A DNA stretch of 26,197 nucleotides from a virus. Its lineage: Duplodnaviria; Caudoviricetes. Position numbers and translations under genes: made by a program. A model generated the notes under the pieces. It saw only the letters and a program-made list of their open reading frames with translations. It had not been told where the DNA came from and did no database searches. The stretch covers positions 1 through 26,197 of IMG/VR virus record IMGVR_UViG_3300020044_003310. One strand, written 5' to 3'. Each line of letters opens with the position of its first letter. Within the stretch, counting starts at the first letter, position 1. Shown one piece after another: positions 15,181 to 25,053 of the stretch.

Positions 15181-15377
15181 TACTTTACAACCACAACGTG
15201 CAGTAGCTCCATAAAAGTGTCTTTACCAAAGAACGTAACGGCTATCAATGCGTACAACATATATTCGATGCGTTGCATACGTTTAGCGCCGCGCTCAAAC
15301 GATTCCTCGATGCGCTTATATCGTTCCGCGCATACTGCTTCATGCACGCTAATTCGTGTATTGTTCTCGGCTTCCAT
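15180..15377 (-). CDS. Small coiled-coil + C-terminal TM protein (lysis region)
   Basis: HEAVCAERY motif followed by a hydrophobic tail. Confidence 0.75.
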   Translation of the reverse strand: MEAENNTRISVHEAVCAERYKRIEESFERGAKRMQRIEYMLYALIAVTFFGKDTFMELLHVVVVK

Positions 15378-15379
15378 AA

Positions 15380-17728
15380 TTACCTTGCAAGTGCGTTTTG
15401 GTTTTGTTGTTCAGGAGCTAATGCGTTAACTGGCGGTGTAGTAAGACTTGCTACACCTGCGCGTGTACCCGAAAGATTAGACGCATTTTTAAGCGCTTTT
15501 AATACTTGAATACGATCATCCGCAGGTAAAGTATTTAAAATTTCATTCATACTTTTGCCTGTTTTAGCTGCTTTTGCTAGTATATCTATTGTTTTATCGC
15601 TAACTTTATTTTCTAAAGTACGTATGACTTGTTTAACTATAGCGGTTTTATAGCCCACAAAGCCTGGTATTTTTTTAGCAAGGCTTTCATCTTCAAACCC
15701 TAACGCTTTAGCACCTGCTTTAGCTTGTTCAGCTAATTTAAGATCACGCGTTAATTCTTCCGCAATCTGTTGCATAGGCTTAATATCAGCGCCCATTTCT
15801 TTAAAAATATCAAAACTGCCTGGGCCAAAGACTTTTGCAACGGCATCAGGATTATCGCCTTGAACTAGTTTAGTAAATTCGTCAGGCGATGTTTTAAACA
15901 TAGCCAGCGCTTTTCCTGCTAATTTACGTCGGTCAATTAGTTGAGCGTTAGCAGCGTAATCACGCAAATATTGTCCATAAGCTGTACCGCCAGCTTCTTC
16001 TATGGCGTTAATGATTGGGGTTTTAAGCTGGGCTATTACGCCTGCAGCTAAATTCTTTTTAGCTGTTTGATCTAGTCCTGGGCGTAATTTTTCAACGGCA
16101 GCGTTAACAGAATTTTTGCGTAAACTATCTAATGCAAACGCATCTATTACCCCGTCATTGTTTGTCCATTTAGCAACATCATCACCAAAACTTTTAATAG
16201 CGCCCTCAATAACATCATTACCCGCAAATTCAGGGTTACGCAAAATACCATTTATACGACTTGTAACAGAATTAGCTGTTAAAGGTTTTAATCCATACGC
16301 TGCTAAACTGTCGGCAGCTGCTTGTTTAAACCGTGCAGCTTCACCAAAAGCTAATGATCCTTCAGCTGCTTTTGTTGCTACTTCATCGGCTTTATCGGCT
16401 AGTTCACCTATATATGTGTAACGTGCGGTGCTAGTTGGTAAGCCTCTTTCAACCACACGTTGTGTTGCAAGATTAGCAGCTCGATCACCTGCCGCAACAA
16501 AACGGCGTACATCCTCAACTTTATTAGTTGCAGCTTGTCCTAATGCGTTTGCTTCGCCTTGTAATTTGGGGCCTAGCGTACCCGCAATATTAGCCGCTGT
16601 TAGTTCAGTTTCACGAATTGGCGTCATTAAATTGTTTAACGCATTTTTAAATTCACCTACTGAAGTTAAATTTTCAGTTAAAGATGGCCCACCAGCTAGA
16701 CGCGCTAATTGATTTAATTGTTCTGTTTTCTGTTTATCTTTAAGAACACGATAATAACTTGATTTATCTTTGCCAGACACAAACCCTAAAAATGCTTGGT
16801 AGACGTCATTGTCAATACCGTACGCTGCTTGTGCTGCGTTAATATCTAATGGCGCTGCACCGTTGGCTGCGCGGATCTGATTAATTTGATCACCAGCTGC
16901 TTGACGAGCAATCTTACCCGCTTCAACATTAGCTAGTTTGCCTGTAGCCGCATCAACAAATTTACCTGCGCCTATAGCTAAAAATTTAACCGCAGGCGGT
17001 ACAACAAAAGGTGCAACAGCGCCAATACTAGCGCCTGTTTCAACTTCTTCAGGATTAATTAAAGCTGACGATACACCACCAAGAGTAGCGCCTCCAGCTA
17101 TTTTTGCTAAAGCATTACTAGTTCTACCAGCTAAATTTGTAGGGGATATCCCTGTTGTAAAGCCACCTGAGCTAAGTGATTTTGCTAATGGTGTAGTTAT
17201 ACTTGCTACTTGCGGCGCAACTTTACCTAACATTTGCACGGGTTTAGCAATTAAACCGCCAGCAGGTAACGTAGCTACAACTTCACCGCCAAATTCGCCC
17301 GCACCTGTTACGTTAGGTGCAAATTGTTTATATGGGTTAATAAACTGTTGTTGCAAGGCTTGGCGACGTATAGCATCTTCTGTTAATGCTTGCCCTGTGT
17401 CTTTAGCGCCTAACGCTGTTAAACCTTGACCAAGTAATCTTTGACCGCCAATTACAATGTCCCCAACGCCTTTGTAAGCGCCTGCGCCAAACGATGCTAA
17501 CTCAGCGCCTTTTTCAAGTGCGTTACGAAGTGTTTGGTCTAACATTCCTCGATTAGGTTCAGCACCAACATTTTGACGTGTTTCGGGCGCAGCTTCAATG
17601 GTGACTGTTGGCGTTTGTGTCCCACCACGCATACGTTTGATTTCACTTGCTAATGCTTTTGCGTCGTCAACATTACCCGCTGCATCAGCTTTAACAAGGG
17701 CAGAACTTAATTGTTCAAGAGTAGCCAT
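15380..17728 (-). CDS. Large internal virion / DNA ejection protein
   Basis: 782 aa, Ala/Gly-rich and helical; third of three consecutive ejection-type genes after the tail module. Confidence 0.7.
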   Translation of the reverse strand: MATLEQLSSALVKADAAGNVDDAKALASEIKRMRGGTQTPTVTIEAAPETRQNVGAEPNRGMLDQTLRNALEKGAELASFGAGAYKGVGDIVIGGQRLLGQGLTALGAKDTGQALTEDAIRRQALQQQFINPYKQFAPNVTGAGEFGGEVVATLPAGGLIAKPVQMLGKVAPQVASITTPLAKSLSSGGFTTGISPTNLAGRTSNALAKIAGGATLGGVSSALINPEEVETGASIGAVAPFVVPPAVKFLAIGAGKFVDAATGKLANVEAGKIARQAAGDQINQIRAANGAAPLDINAAQAAYGIDNDVYQAFLGFVSGKDKSSYYRVLKDKQKTEQLNQLARLAGGPSLTENLTSVGEFKNALNNLMTPIRETELTAANIAGTLGPKLQGEANALGQAATNKVEDVRRFVAAGDRAANLATQRVVERGLPTSTARYTYIGELADKADEVATKAAEGSLAFGEAARFKQAAADSLAAYGLKPLTANSVTSRINGILRNPEFAGNDVIEGAIKSFGDDVAKWTNNDGVIDAFALDSLRKNSVNAAVEKLRPGLDQTAKKNLAAGVIAQLKTPIINAIEEAGGTAYGQYLRDYAANAQLIDRRKLAGKALAMFKTSPDEFTKLVQGDNPDAVAKVFGPGSFDIFKEMGADIKPMQQIAEELTRDLKLAEQAKAGAKALGFEDESLAKKIPGFVGYKTAIVKQVIRTLENKVSDKTIDILAKAAKTGKSMNEILNTLPADDRIQVLKALKNASNLSGTRAGVASLTTPPVNALAPEQQNQNALAR

Positions 17729-17729
17729 A

Positions 17730-18995
17730 TTATTGAGCGTATTTATTTACTAAAGCATCAATATCAACACCGCCTGATGGCGCTTCACCTGCTTTTTTCC
17801 TAGCCCTTTCAATACCTGTTTTAACAATAGCTTTGTATTCGTTAGCAGCGGCAAGAAATTCTTTTTCGCTTTGCGCTAAACTCATCCTTGTTTTAGCCGC
17901 CGTTGCTTTTTTACCTTCTGTTTCAGTAATAGCACCGCCGCCTTTAAGAGTCTCAAAGGCTTCTAAGAAAGCGCCGCCCATAATTTCATCAAAACGTGCT
18001 TTAAAGTCAGCCGCAGGAGTGCCAGGTATTAGTTGCTCAATGCCAGGTATACCTAATGTATATCCTCTACCCATACCCACCGCACCTGTAAAGCCTGGGT
18101 GAGGCGCTGTGCCTGCGTTAATAACTTTACCACTTTTATCTTTAACTGCAGGTGTTCCAATCATAGCGTCAATTTTGCTAAGTAAACTTTCACTTGTTGC
18201 AATAGCATTTGGTAACGCTATAGCAGCAGCCGCTTGTGTTTTACCTGTTGTTGTACCAGCTGCTTTAGATGCGGCAAGTTTTGCTTGTACGGTAGGATCT
18301 AAGTCCGCAGCTAATCGTCGTTCTGCTAAGTTTAATTGACCGCCTGATATATCAGTTTGACGTCTTGCATTTTGTTCTCTTGCTAAATTAGCGCGTGCAG
18401 TTTCTTCAGTTGTAACGCGTTTTTCAGCGTCTAAACCTTGTCTAGCAAAATATGCGGGGCGTTGCGCCATAGGAAGCGCCGTTGCAGTTGCAACATTTTG
18501 ATCTGCTTGCGCTTGCGTCCATACACCATGTAATACTGCATCTTGAGCGTGCGCTCTAATATTGTCATCAGATGGATTAAACTGTAAATCGGATGTTTTT
18601 TCACGAATATTTTTTAGCGTTGCCGTTTTTGTGTCGGCAATAGTTTTTAGTTCAGTAGCTTGTTGCGATTTTAATTGTTGCGTTGCTAATGCCGCTTTTT
18701 TTTGCGCTTCAATAACACCTGGAATAGCTGTTGCACCAAGCTCATCTTGCGATAAATTTTTTACTAAACGGTTGTAATCTACTTCACCTGTGTCAGGGTT
18801 AATAGATCCTTGCCATGCTTTACCCAATCTATTTTGCGTATCAAACTCTTGTTGTGCTTGACGCATTTTTAATGCGTTCATTTGTTGGCCTTGTTGCGCG
18901 CCTTGAAGTTGCGAATACGCCGCCATTTGATTTATTGGATTTTCAATTTGAATAGGCTTAACGCTTAATGCAATACTTGGATCAATAGTTGCCAT
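17730..18995 (-). CDS. Internal virion / DNA ejection protein
   Basis: Ala/Gln-rich helical protein; LKGGGAITETEG motif; position. Confidence 0.7.
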   Translation of the reverse strand: MATIDPSIALSVKPIQIENPINQMAAYSQLQGAQQGQQMNALKMRQAQQEFDTQNRLGKAWQGSINPDTGEVDYNRLVKNLSQDELGATAIPGVIEAQKKAALATQQLKSQQATELKTIADTKTATLKNIREKTSDLQFNPSDDNIRAHAQDAVLHGVWTQAQADQNVATATALPMAQRPAYFARQGLDAEKRVTTEETARANLAREQNARRQTDISGGQLNLAERRLAADLDPTVQAKLAASKAAGTTTGKTQAAAAIALPNAIATSESLLSKIDAMIGTPAVKDKSGKVINAGTAPHPGFTGAVGMGRGYTLGIPGIEQLIPGTPAADFKARFDEIMGGAFLEAFETLKGGGAITETEGKKATAAKTRMSLAQSEKEFLAAANEYKAIVKTGIERARKKAGEAPSGGVDIDALVNKYAQ

Positions 18996-19004
18996 AATTA
19001 GTCC

Positions 19005-19910
19005 TTATTCAATAAATCCTGTATTAGCCATGTAATTTGTACTGCCAGTATTACCGCTAGGCATATACACATTACCCCCGCCGTATTGATTAGATAAATT
19101 GTTATATTGTAGCTGATTCATTAAATTTTGATTTTGGTAAAAGTTTAACCCTTGACTTGTCGCATTATTTAACGCATTAACTCCACCAACATAACCAGAT
19201 GCTCTTGCGTTACCCGCGCCTATAGCATTGCTTGCGGCTGCGTTACCATAATTACCTAATGACGCCGTAGTTCCTGCAGTGTAATTTTGTGATGCTTGTT
19301 GGGCTTGTTGAGCAGCAGATTGTCCTACACCTGCTAGACTTTGCAATGGTGCAAGCGTGTTAGTTCTTTCAGTTTGAAACCGATTAAATGCGTTACCGTA
19401 CGCTTGTTCTTGCGCTGACCGATTGGCTTGATAACGATTAAAAGCATTTTGGTATTCTTGTGACGCTAAATCAGATCCGTAGCGTTGCGCTCCTTTAAGA
19501 GTAGCGCCTGATAATAAACCACCTCTTGACGCTGCTGTACGGTCAAGCGCTTTCATGCCTTCGGACAAACGAAACGCATAGCCTGGATCTGCTTGGAAAT
19601 CAGATGCGCCAAAATTCCTCATAGCAGATGCTGGATCGTAGCCTGGCACGCCAGCAAACTTAGCCGAAGCGTTTGGGCCTTGCAATTGGGCTAGCAACAT
19701 ATTTGTGCCTGTAAGACCAGCTTCTCTAAAAGGCGCATTTAGTTCAAGTTGTTTTAAATATTGCTCACGTTGGAGCGCAGTTTGTTGATCAGCAATATCT
19801 CGTTGCGCTTGCGTAGCTTCACCCGCCGATTGTTGTTGCGCGCTAGACGCTTGTCTAGATCCTAAATAACTTAATGCCGCGCTTCCTGCTATAGCCCATC
19901 CTGCTGGCAT
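19005..19910 (-). CDS. DNA transfer (pilot) protein, P22 gp7-like slot
   Basis: Hydrophobic Gly/Ala N-terminus, Q/A/N-rich, DPGYAFR...AASRGGLLSGATLK. Confidence 0.75.
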   Translation of the reverse strand: MPAGWAIAGSAALSYLGSRQASSAQQQSAGEATQAQRDIADQQTALQREQYLKQLELNAPFREAGLTGTNMLLAQLQGPNASAKFAGVPGYDPASAMRNFGASDFQADPGYAFRLSEGMKALDRTAASRGGLLSGATLKGAQRYGSDLASQEYQNAFNRYQANRSAQEQAYGNAFNRFQTERTNTLAPLQSLAGVGQSAAQQAQQASQNYTAGTTASLGNYGNAAASNAIGAGNARASGYVGGVNALNNATSQGLNFYQNQNLMNQLQYNNLSNQYGGGNVYMPSGNTGSTNYMANTGFIE

Positions 19911-19912
19911 GA

Positions 19913-20269
19913 TTAATCCTTTCTACTAATTAATACTTCGTCTATTTTGTCTACATCTGTTTCATTTGTTGCATGAATACAATACCAAACCGTATCTTCT
20001 AACGCTTGTATAAGATGATTTACATTTGCTTTTATATCTATACACGCAGGCGCAACATATTCTTGGTCAAAATCATCTGTTTTAACAATAACTCTACCTT
20101 TAGCTAGTATACTTAAATGGCTGTACTTGTGGGCGTGTTGCCCTACCACAAACCCTTGTGGGATAACCATTTGTTTAGCATACAGCCCATCTGAAAAGTT
20201 ATGTACTTCGTTTAAATCAACTTCAAACGTGCCTTTCATTACTTCATGTAGCTCGGTAATATGGCTCAT
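19913..20269 (-). CDS. Cupin-fold protein
   Basis: HNFSDGLYAKQMVIP...GQHAHKYSH...G...H; His-rich cupin metal motif. Confidence 0.75.
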   Translation of the reverse strand: MSHITELHEVMKGTFEVDLNEVHNFSDGLYAKQMVIPQGFVVGQHAHKYSHLSILAKGRVIVKTDDFDQEYVAPACIDIKANVNHLIQALEDTVWYCIHATNETDVDKIDEVLISRKD

Positions 20270-20853
20270 AGCGCGCCTTGTACTTTATCTGACCTAACAG
20301 TAACTATTAGCATAATAGCATCATCGGACGTATTATTGGTATAACTATGTAAAATACTGTTATTAAACCAATAAACGCATCCTAATTCAGGTGAAATTGC
20401 CCCATCAGGAAAATTAAACGCAGCCCCCGCCGATGTTTGAATAGGGATAAAATATTTCTCATAGTAACTTGCACTCCACCCCGAATCCGTATGTGGGTAG
20501 ACTTGTTGCCCAGGTTCAAGTTTTACTAATAAAATAGTGCCTAATTCTTCACCTTCTACTAAACTCATTAAATCAAAGATTAACGGCCTTATTTGGGGTA
20601 ATTGATAATAAACAGGGTACCAAACTGGTCGATGTGGGCCATTAGCGGGGTGTTCTGAATTTAACGGAACGTCAGTATTTGATACGTTGTCATAACTATT
20701 GTAGCGAACCCAAATGTCATCGCTATCTCGATGAGGACTATCCCCCGCACACCGATCTTTATATTTGCCAAAAAGCCCAGGTTGCCTACGCAACGCTATC
20801 TGCAAAGGCATCACATTAAAATTAACGGCAATTGTATTAAAATACTTTGACAT
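20266..20853 (-). CDS. Aspartyl/asparaginyl beta-hydroxylase-like 2OG-Fe(II) oxygenase
   Basis: KLEPGQQVYPHTD (HxD) and YWFNNSILHSYTN (distal His). Confidence 0.8.
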   Translation of the reverse strand: MSKYFNTIAVNFNVMPLQIALRRQPGLFGKYKDRCAGDSPHRDSDDIWVRYNSYDNVSNTDVPLNSEHPANGPHRPVWYPVYYQLPQIRPLIFDLMSLVEGEELGTILLVKLEPGQQVYPHTDSGWSASYYEKYFIPIQTSAGAAFNFPDGAISPELGCVYWFNNSILHSYTNNTSDDAIMLIVTVRSDKVQGAL

Positions 20854-20860
20854 TAAAACC

Positions 20861-21805
20861 CTATTCTAGCAATAAGTTGTTGTTTGATGCTGCTTGCGTT
20901 GTTACCCAATTTGTGCCATCTGACACAATGGTTGCCCAATTACCCGCTACGTTATCTAATATGGCTGTACCCGCGGCTCCACCCGCCCTTGATACAACAT
21001 TACTAGACGCTGACACTAATGATTGATTCTGATAGTTAATAAAATATAAAACCCGCCCTGTGTTAGCCGATGGCGACGGTAGCGTAACCGTGCAAGTAGA
21101 GCCTGTCTTATTGTTTATTAACCATGTATCTGTAGATGCTACACTAAAATCAGCCGTTTTGGTAACTGGCGCAGTTGTTGTTACGGTGCCATTAGTAGCT
21201 ATGCTAATTGAACCTGTACCGTTAGTAATGGCAATTCCTGTGCCAGCCGTCAACGTGGCTTTAGTTAGGGTATTCCCCGTTGTGTTACCAATTAATAGTT
21301 GACCATTGGTGTAAGTTGTTTGTCCTGTACCACCGTTATCTACGTCTAGGGTGCCAGCAAGCGTTACGGCGCCTGTAGTAGCCGTATTAGGTGTTAAGCC
21401 TGTAGAACCACCGCTAAACGACAATACGCCTGTATTAGCTACGGTGACGTTGCCTGTTGCGCTTGATACAGAAATACCTGCGCCTGCCACGTTAGACAAT
21501 ACGCCTGTGTTGGCAACACCGATAGTTCCTGCGCCGTTAGTAACATTAATGCCTAACCCCGCAGTTAAAGTATTTAAATCATATTTTTTACCCGCAGTAT
21601 TGCCAATTAATAATTGCCCATTTAACGGGTAATCACTTAATCCTGTACCGCCGTTGGGTATCTGAACAACACCTAAATTAGCGCCTACAATCGTATAAAT
21701 GTTGTTAAAGAACCTAAACCATTCCCGTGACATTAAACCTGTACGTGGATCTATTAACTCAACTCTAGGCGCAGGAATCTGCGTGATGTTAATTGGATCA
21801 GGCAT
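20861..21805 (-). CDS. Tail needle/fibre-like protein with internal repeats
   Basis: N-terminal PAPRV...REWFRFF anchor; G/T-rich repeats NGGTG...NGQLLIGNT...TLTAG (x2) and VANTGVLS (x2). Confidence 0.75.
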   Translation of the reverse strand: MPDPINITQIPAPRVELIDPRTGLMSREWFRFFNNIYTIVGANLGVVQIPNGGTGLSDYPLNGQLLIGNTAGKKYDLNTLTAGLGINVTNGAGTIGVANTGVLSNVAGAGISVSSATGNVTVANTGVLSFSGGSTGLTPNTATTGAVTLAGTLDVDNGGTGQTTYTNGQLLIGNTTGNTLTKATLTAGTGIAITNGTGSISIATNGTVTTTAPVTKTADFSVASTDTWLINNKTGSTCTVTLPSPSANTGRVLYFINYQNQSLVSASSNVVSRAGGAAGTAILDNVAGNWATIVSDGTNWVTTQAASNNNLLLE

Positions 21806-23432
21806 TAGTTGGTGACAGCAATAGTTCAGCGTTGGTAATGGCTATCTTTACTGGATCGGTGCCTGATACTTCATAGACACGATCACGTAACTTCTGTGTC
21901 ATGCCAAGCCGACGCCAGAACGTACGGAATCCATATTGACCAATTTTGCCCATTGACGACCAATGTTCATTTGACCATGTGTGACCAGCATCGTCAGACC
22001 AACGCAACATGGCTTGAGGATTGTAGCCAGGCGCGGCAGGATAGCCAATAGTTGCCAAAATATAACCGTTATAGTCAGGGCTGGTGTTAATACCTAAAAG
22101 TTCAAAACCATCATTACTTTCAGTTGTTAACTCTAACCCTGCTTGTGTAGCCAAATTAGTTTGTACGTATTCAGCAATAATTTCTTTGCCATCTTCGGTT
22201 GCTATATCTTCAGATTCATACGCAGGATATTGTTCTAATCCAACGCCTGTTTCAGCGTTAAGTTGCAAAGTATGTTGAGCTGTACGTCTAAAATTATTTT
22301 GTCCTGGCATTAATGCACGCCATGAACGTAACCACTTTTGTGGTTGCCCATTATCTGCGTAAGTATCTAAATCAAGTTGGTAGATATCGCCATTTGCATA
22401 ATCACCAACAATAATTGTACCGCCAAAGTTACATTGATTATTACTGCGATGTCTTGTAAAGTTGCCGTCAATAAAGCCTGCTCGCTCATGCCATGCTTGC
22501 GTAGATGCGTCATATACCCATGTAGCGTTGCCAGTCGGAAAACTAATCACATAGAACGCATGACCGTCTTGTTGATAAGTATAAGCCACCGCATCGGATA
22601 TATTGCCGTACTGTTGGATCTGCCATTCAATTGCGTGAGTAGAAACCCGAACGCCTGTGTAGCCGTTAGCACGGTAAACGATACCTTGACCACGGGCGTC
22701 TGTGCCTAGCCAAAATAAACCGTTATCTAACTTAGCGACTGAAAATGCTGCAACGCAACCAATTTCATTAAAAGCACCTTGAATACGGGTTAGAGGAAAG
22801 TCAGCCGCGCCTGAGTCGTACCAAACTTCTACAGAGTCAGTACCGAATACCCATAACTCACGGTGATCCGATATAAGCGCAACTACGCCGTCAGGTGAAC
22901 CTTCGGCACTAGCAAAGTCTAACGGGTCAACCGATGTACCGTCTAATAACTGAGAAACCCATATCTTTTGACTATTTGGTTCGTTAAACACAAAATAGCC
23001 ATCTAAATAAGATACGGTTACAGCGCCAGGGAAATCAGGATCTGTAATCTTAGCAAATACATTAGTTACTTCGTTATAGATAAAACCATCAGGATTACAC
23101 GCTAAGAATATCTGCGTGCCATTGTCGGCAATAGATACGGGGCCTGTACCTGATACAGTACCTAAAAGTACAGGTGTACTTGTTGTGCTTGTTAATTTAT
23201 AAAATCCTTGCCCAGACACTACATAAAAATCTGAACCATTTGTTTGATGCGCCCACAATGCTCGGATAGGGCCAGCGCCGACAGTCTGTAAAAACTTTAG
23301 CCCAGGAGCGCGTTGTAAATATCCTGTTTCTTCCCCTTCAGTTACAACTTCAGGAAAAAGGTTAACCATACGGGCATTTGCCGCATTAACACTCCGTGTT
23401 ACATACGATTGACCTAAAATCGGGGTTTTCAT
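21798..23432 (-). CDS. Tail hub / packaged-DNA stabilisation protein (P22 gp10-like)
   Basis: NLFPE, FASAEGSPD, EIGCVA, STHAIE, TWVYD...WHER, LRWSDDAGHTW, WRRLG motifs; follows the gp4-like gene. Confidence 0.85.
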   Translation of the reverse strand: MKTPILGQSYVTRSVNAANARMVNLFPEVVTEGEETGYLQRAPGLKFLQTVGAGPIRALWAHQTNGSDFYVVSGQGFYKLTSTTSTPVLLGTVSGTGPVSIADNGTQIFLACNPDGFIYNEVTNVFAKITDPDFPGAVTVSYLDGYFVFNEPNSQKIWVSQLLDGTSVDPLDFASAEGSPDGVVALISDHRELWVFGTDSVEVWYDSGAADFPLTRIQGAFNEIGCVAAFSVAKLDNGLFWLGTDARGQGIVYRANGYTGVRVSTHAIEWQIQQYGNISDAVAYTYQQDGHAFYVISFPTGNATWVYDASTQAWHERAGFIDGNFTRHRSNNQCNFGGTIIVGDYANGDIYQLDLDTYADNGQPQKWLRSWRALMPGQNNFRRTAQHTLQLNAETGVGLEQYPAYESEDIATEDGKEIIAEYVQTNLATQAGLELTTESNDGFELLGINTSPDYNGYILATIGYPAAPGYNPQAMLRWSDDAGHTWSNEHWSSMGKIGQYGFRTFWRRLGMTQKLRDRVYEVSGTDPVKIAITNAELLLSPTNA

Positions 23433-23435
23433 TGT

Positions 23436-23972
23436 TTATGCAGCTACACCTTTAATTACTGCAAAGTTGAATACAGGCGTTTCTGTAGTTGATCCGCCAG
23501 TAGTTCTAAAAGTAATGTTAAAGCTACCTGCCGCAACCGCAGTAACCATTAAGTCATATAAATCTGTACCTGATTTCTGATTAAGGATAATTACATCGGT
23601 TGCTGCCACGGTGTTATTTGTTACAGTAAAAGTGGCTGCGGTAGCAGATCCTGCTGCGCTATATAGTGTAATTGCGCCTGTTGTTTTGTTCAGCGTTACA
23701 CCTGTAGTTCGGCTAGTTCCTTGAATAACTGTACCGCCAGCTCCAGTTGCATAACCTACGCCTGCTGTGCCAGAAGAAGTAATTGTGCCAGTTGCCGCTA
23801 GACTTGTAGCTGTAGCCACACCTAAAGTTGGCGTAACAAGCGCAGGGCTAGTAAACAAATTGGTTATAGATAGCTGTTTAGTCGTGCTAGTTGTAGCTTG
23901 CACAATTGGCAACACATCAGCGCCAGCTTGAGAAGTTGCGACAGGTAAAGCTGAAATAGCAATCGTAGCCAT
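23436..23972 (-). CDS. Virion structural protein (T/A/G-rich)
   Basis: N-terminal ISALP...D.LPIVQ...T motif; TSRTTGVTLN; C-terminal FAVIKG. Confidence 0.65.
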   Translation of the reverse strand: MATIAISALPVATSQAGADVLPIVQATTSTTKQLSITNLFTSPALVTPTLGVATATSLAATGTITSSGTAGVGYATGAGGTVIQGTSRTTGVTLNKTTGAITLYSAAGSATAATFTVTNNTVAATDVIILNQKSGTDLYDLMVTAVAAGSFNITFRTTGGSTTETPVFNFAVIKGVAA

Positions 23973-23981
23973 GATTTATCC

Positions 23982-24698
23982 TTAATAATTTCCTGCAAAT
24001 ATGTTGTAACGCTGGCGTGTGCCAACAATACTGTACGGTAATGACATAATATCATCTGGGTTATTAATACGTTTTAGGTTGCGCTTAGACGCCATTGCAA
24101 TTCGTGATACTTGTGGGCTTGGCTCAACACCAAACTCGGCAGCAAACTCGCAAGCCAAGTTATATCTAAAAGCTCTTAAATAGCCTGGTGGAAACAATAT
24201 ATCAGTTGCAAGCGTAGCTGGTTGTGTTAATTCGTCAACCGAAATAAAATGCCATTGCAATACTTTAGTAGGTTTAGGATAAACATACATCTCAATATTA
24301 GGGTAAGACATATTAATCCATATCACTTGCGGGTATGTGCTAGTGACTGTTTTAACGGCAATACCTTCGTATTGTTGTTGATTAATCATCTTAATACCAA
24401 ACGAGATACCGTTAGCAGGATCAAGAAAGTAAGTAGAATCGTCTAATAACACAGGTCGATTACCTACAAAATCACCCGTAGGCCCTAGCGTTCTACTTAA
24501 TACATTAGGTGGCCAATTAAATACTTGGTCTTGCGTAGAAAATACTGATAGACGCTCAGTATTCCATGAATCAATCATTTGATTTAAAGCAGCTAAAGCA
24601 TCTTGCGATGTGGCGGCAGACGGCGTTTCACCTTCCGCCAATACTCCTAATAGACGTAGCGCCCCATTAATTTGATCGTTGGCGGTATAAATTGCCAT
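23982..24698 (-). CDS. Head-tail adaptor (P22 gp4-like)
   Basis: INGALRLLGVLAEGE...LNQMIDSW; PPGYLRAFRYNLA; position upstream of the gp10-like gene. Confidence 0.8.
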   Translation of the reverse strand: MAIYTANDQINGALRLLGVLAEGETPSAATSQDALAALNQMIDSWNTERLSVFSTQDQVFNWPPNVLSRTLGPTGDFVGNRPVLLDDSTYFLDPANGISFGIKMINQQQYEGIAVKTVTSTYPQVIWINMSYPNIEMYVYPKPTKVLQWHFISVDELTQPATLATDILFPPGYLRAFRYNLACEFAAEFGVEPSPQVSRIAMASKRNLKRINNPDDIMSLPYSIVGTRQRYNIFAGNY

Positions 24699-24708
24699 AA
24701 CTCACCCT

Positions 24709-24891
24709 TTACTCGATAGTTTTACGACGTCTTTTTACTTCCAATGTATTGACAGGAGCCGCAATCATTTCTTCTTCGGATGGCGTATCGGTAGTATAAC
24801 GCACCCAGCCATTTTGTTCATCAAATTCTGCTTCTTGTTCCATCGTAGCAACTTTACTGCCATGATCAGGATGTCTTAAATATATAGTCAT
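24709..24891 (-). CDS. Hypothetical protein
   Basis: 60-aa ORF in the late operon; basic C-tail. Confidence 0.7.
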   Translation of the reverse strand: MTIYLRHPDHGSKVATMEQEAEFDEQNGWVRYTTDTPSEEEMIAAPVNTLEVKRRRKTIE

Positions 24892-24894
24892 AAT

Positions 24895-25053
24895 TTATTC
24901 GGTTACAGAACTTTCAGGTTCGTCTATTTTATTAATAAGCATCTTATATGCAGAAATAGTGGCTTGAGCTTGAATCAAGAAGGTTTGCGCCTTCTGTGAT
25001 TCATTCTCAAGTTCTTCGATTTCGCAGACCAAAAATTCTTTGGTAATTTGCAT
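24895..25053 (-). CDS. 52-aa coiled-coil protein MQITKEFLVCEIEELENE... (possible fibre chaperone)
   Basis: Manually translated; TAATG coupling to 25053-25655. Confidence 0.65.
   Translation of the reverse strand: MQITKEFLVCEIEELENESQKAQTFLIQAQATISAYKMLINKIDEPESSVTE

Noticed and set aside
15217-18777. Multiple + strand ORFs opposite the ejection genes
   Set aside because: Shadow ORFs from Ala/Gly/Thr-rich codons on the coding strand; no SDs and contrary to operon direction.
20861-21805. Diversity-generating retroelement target or invertible tail cassette
   Set aside because: No reverse transcriptase, template/variable repeat pair or invertase seen in the window.
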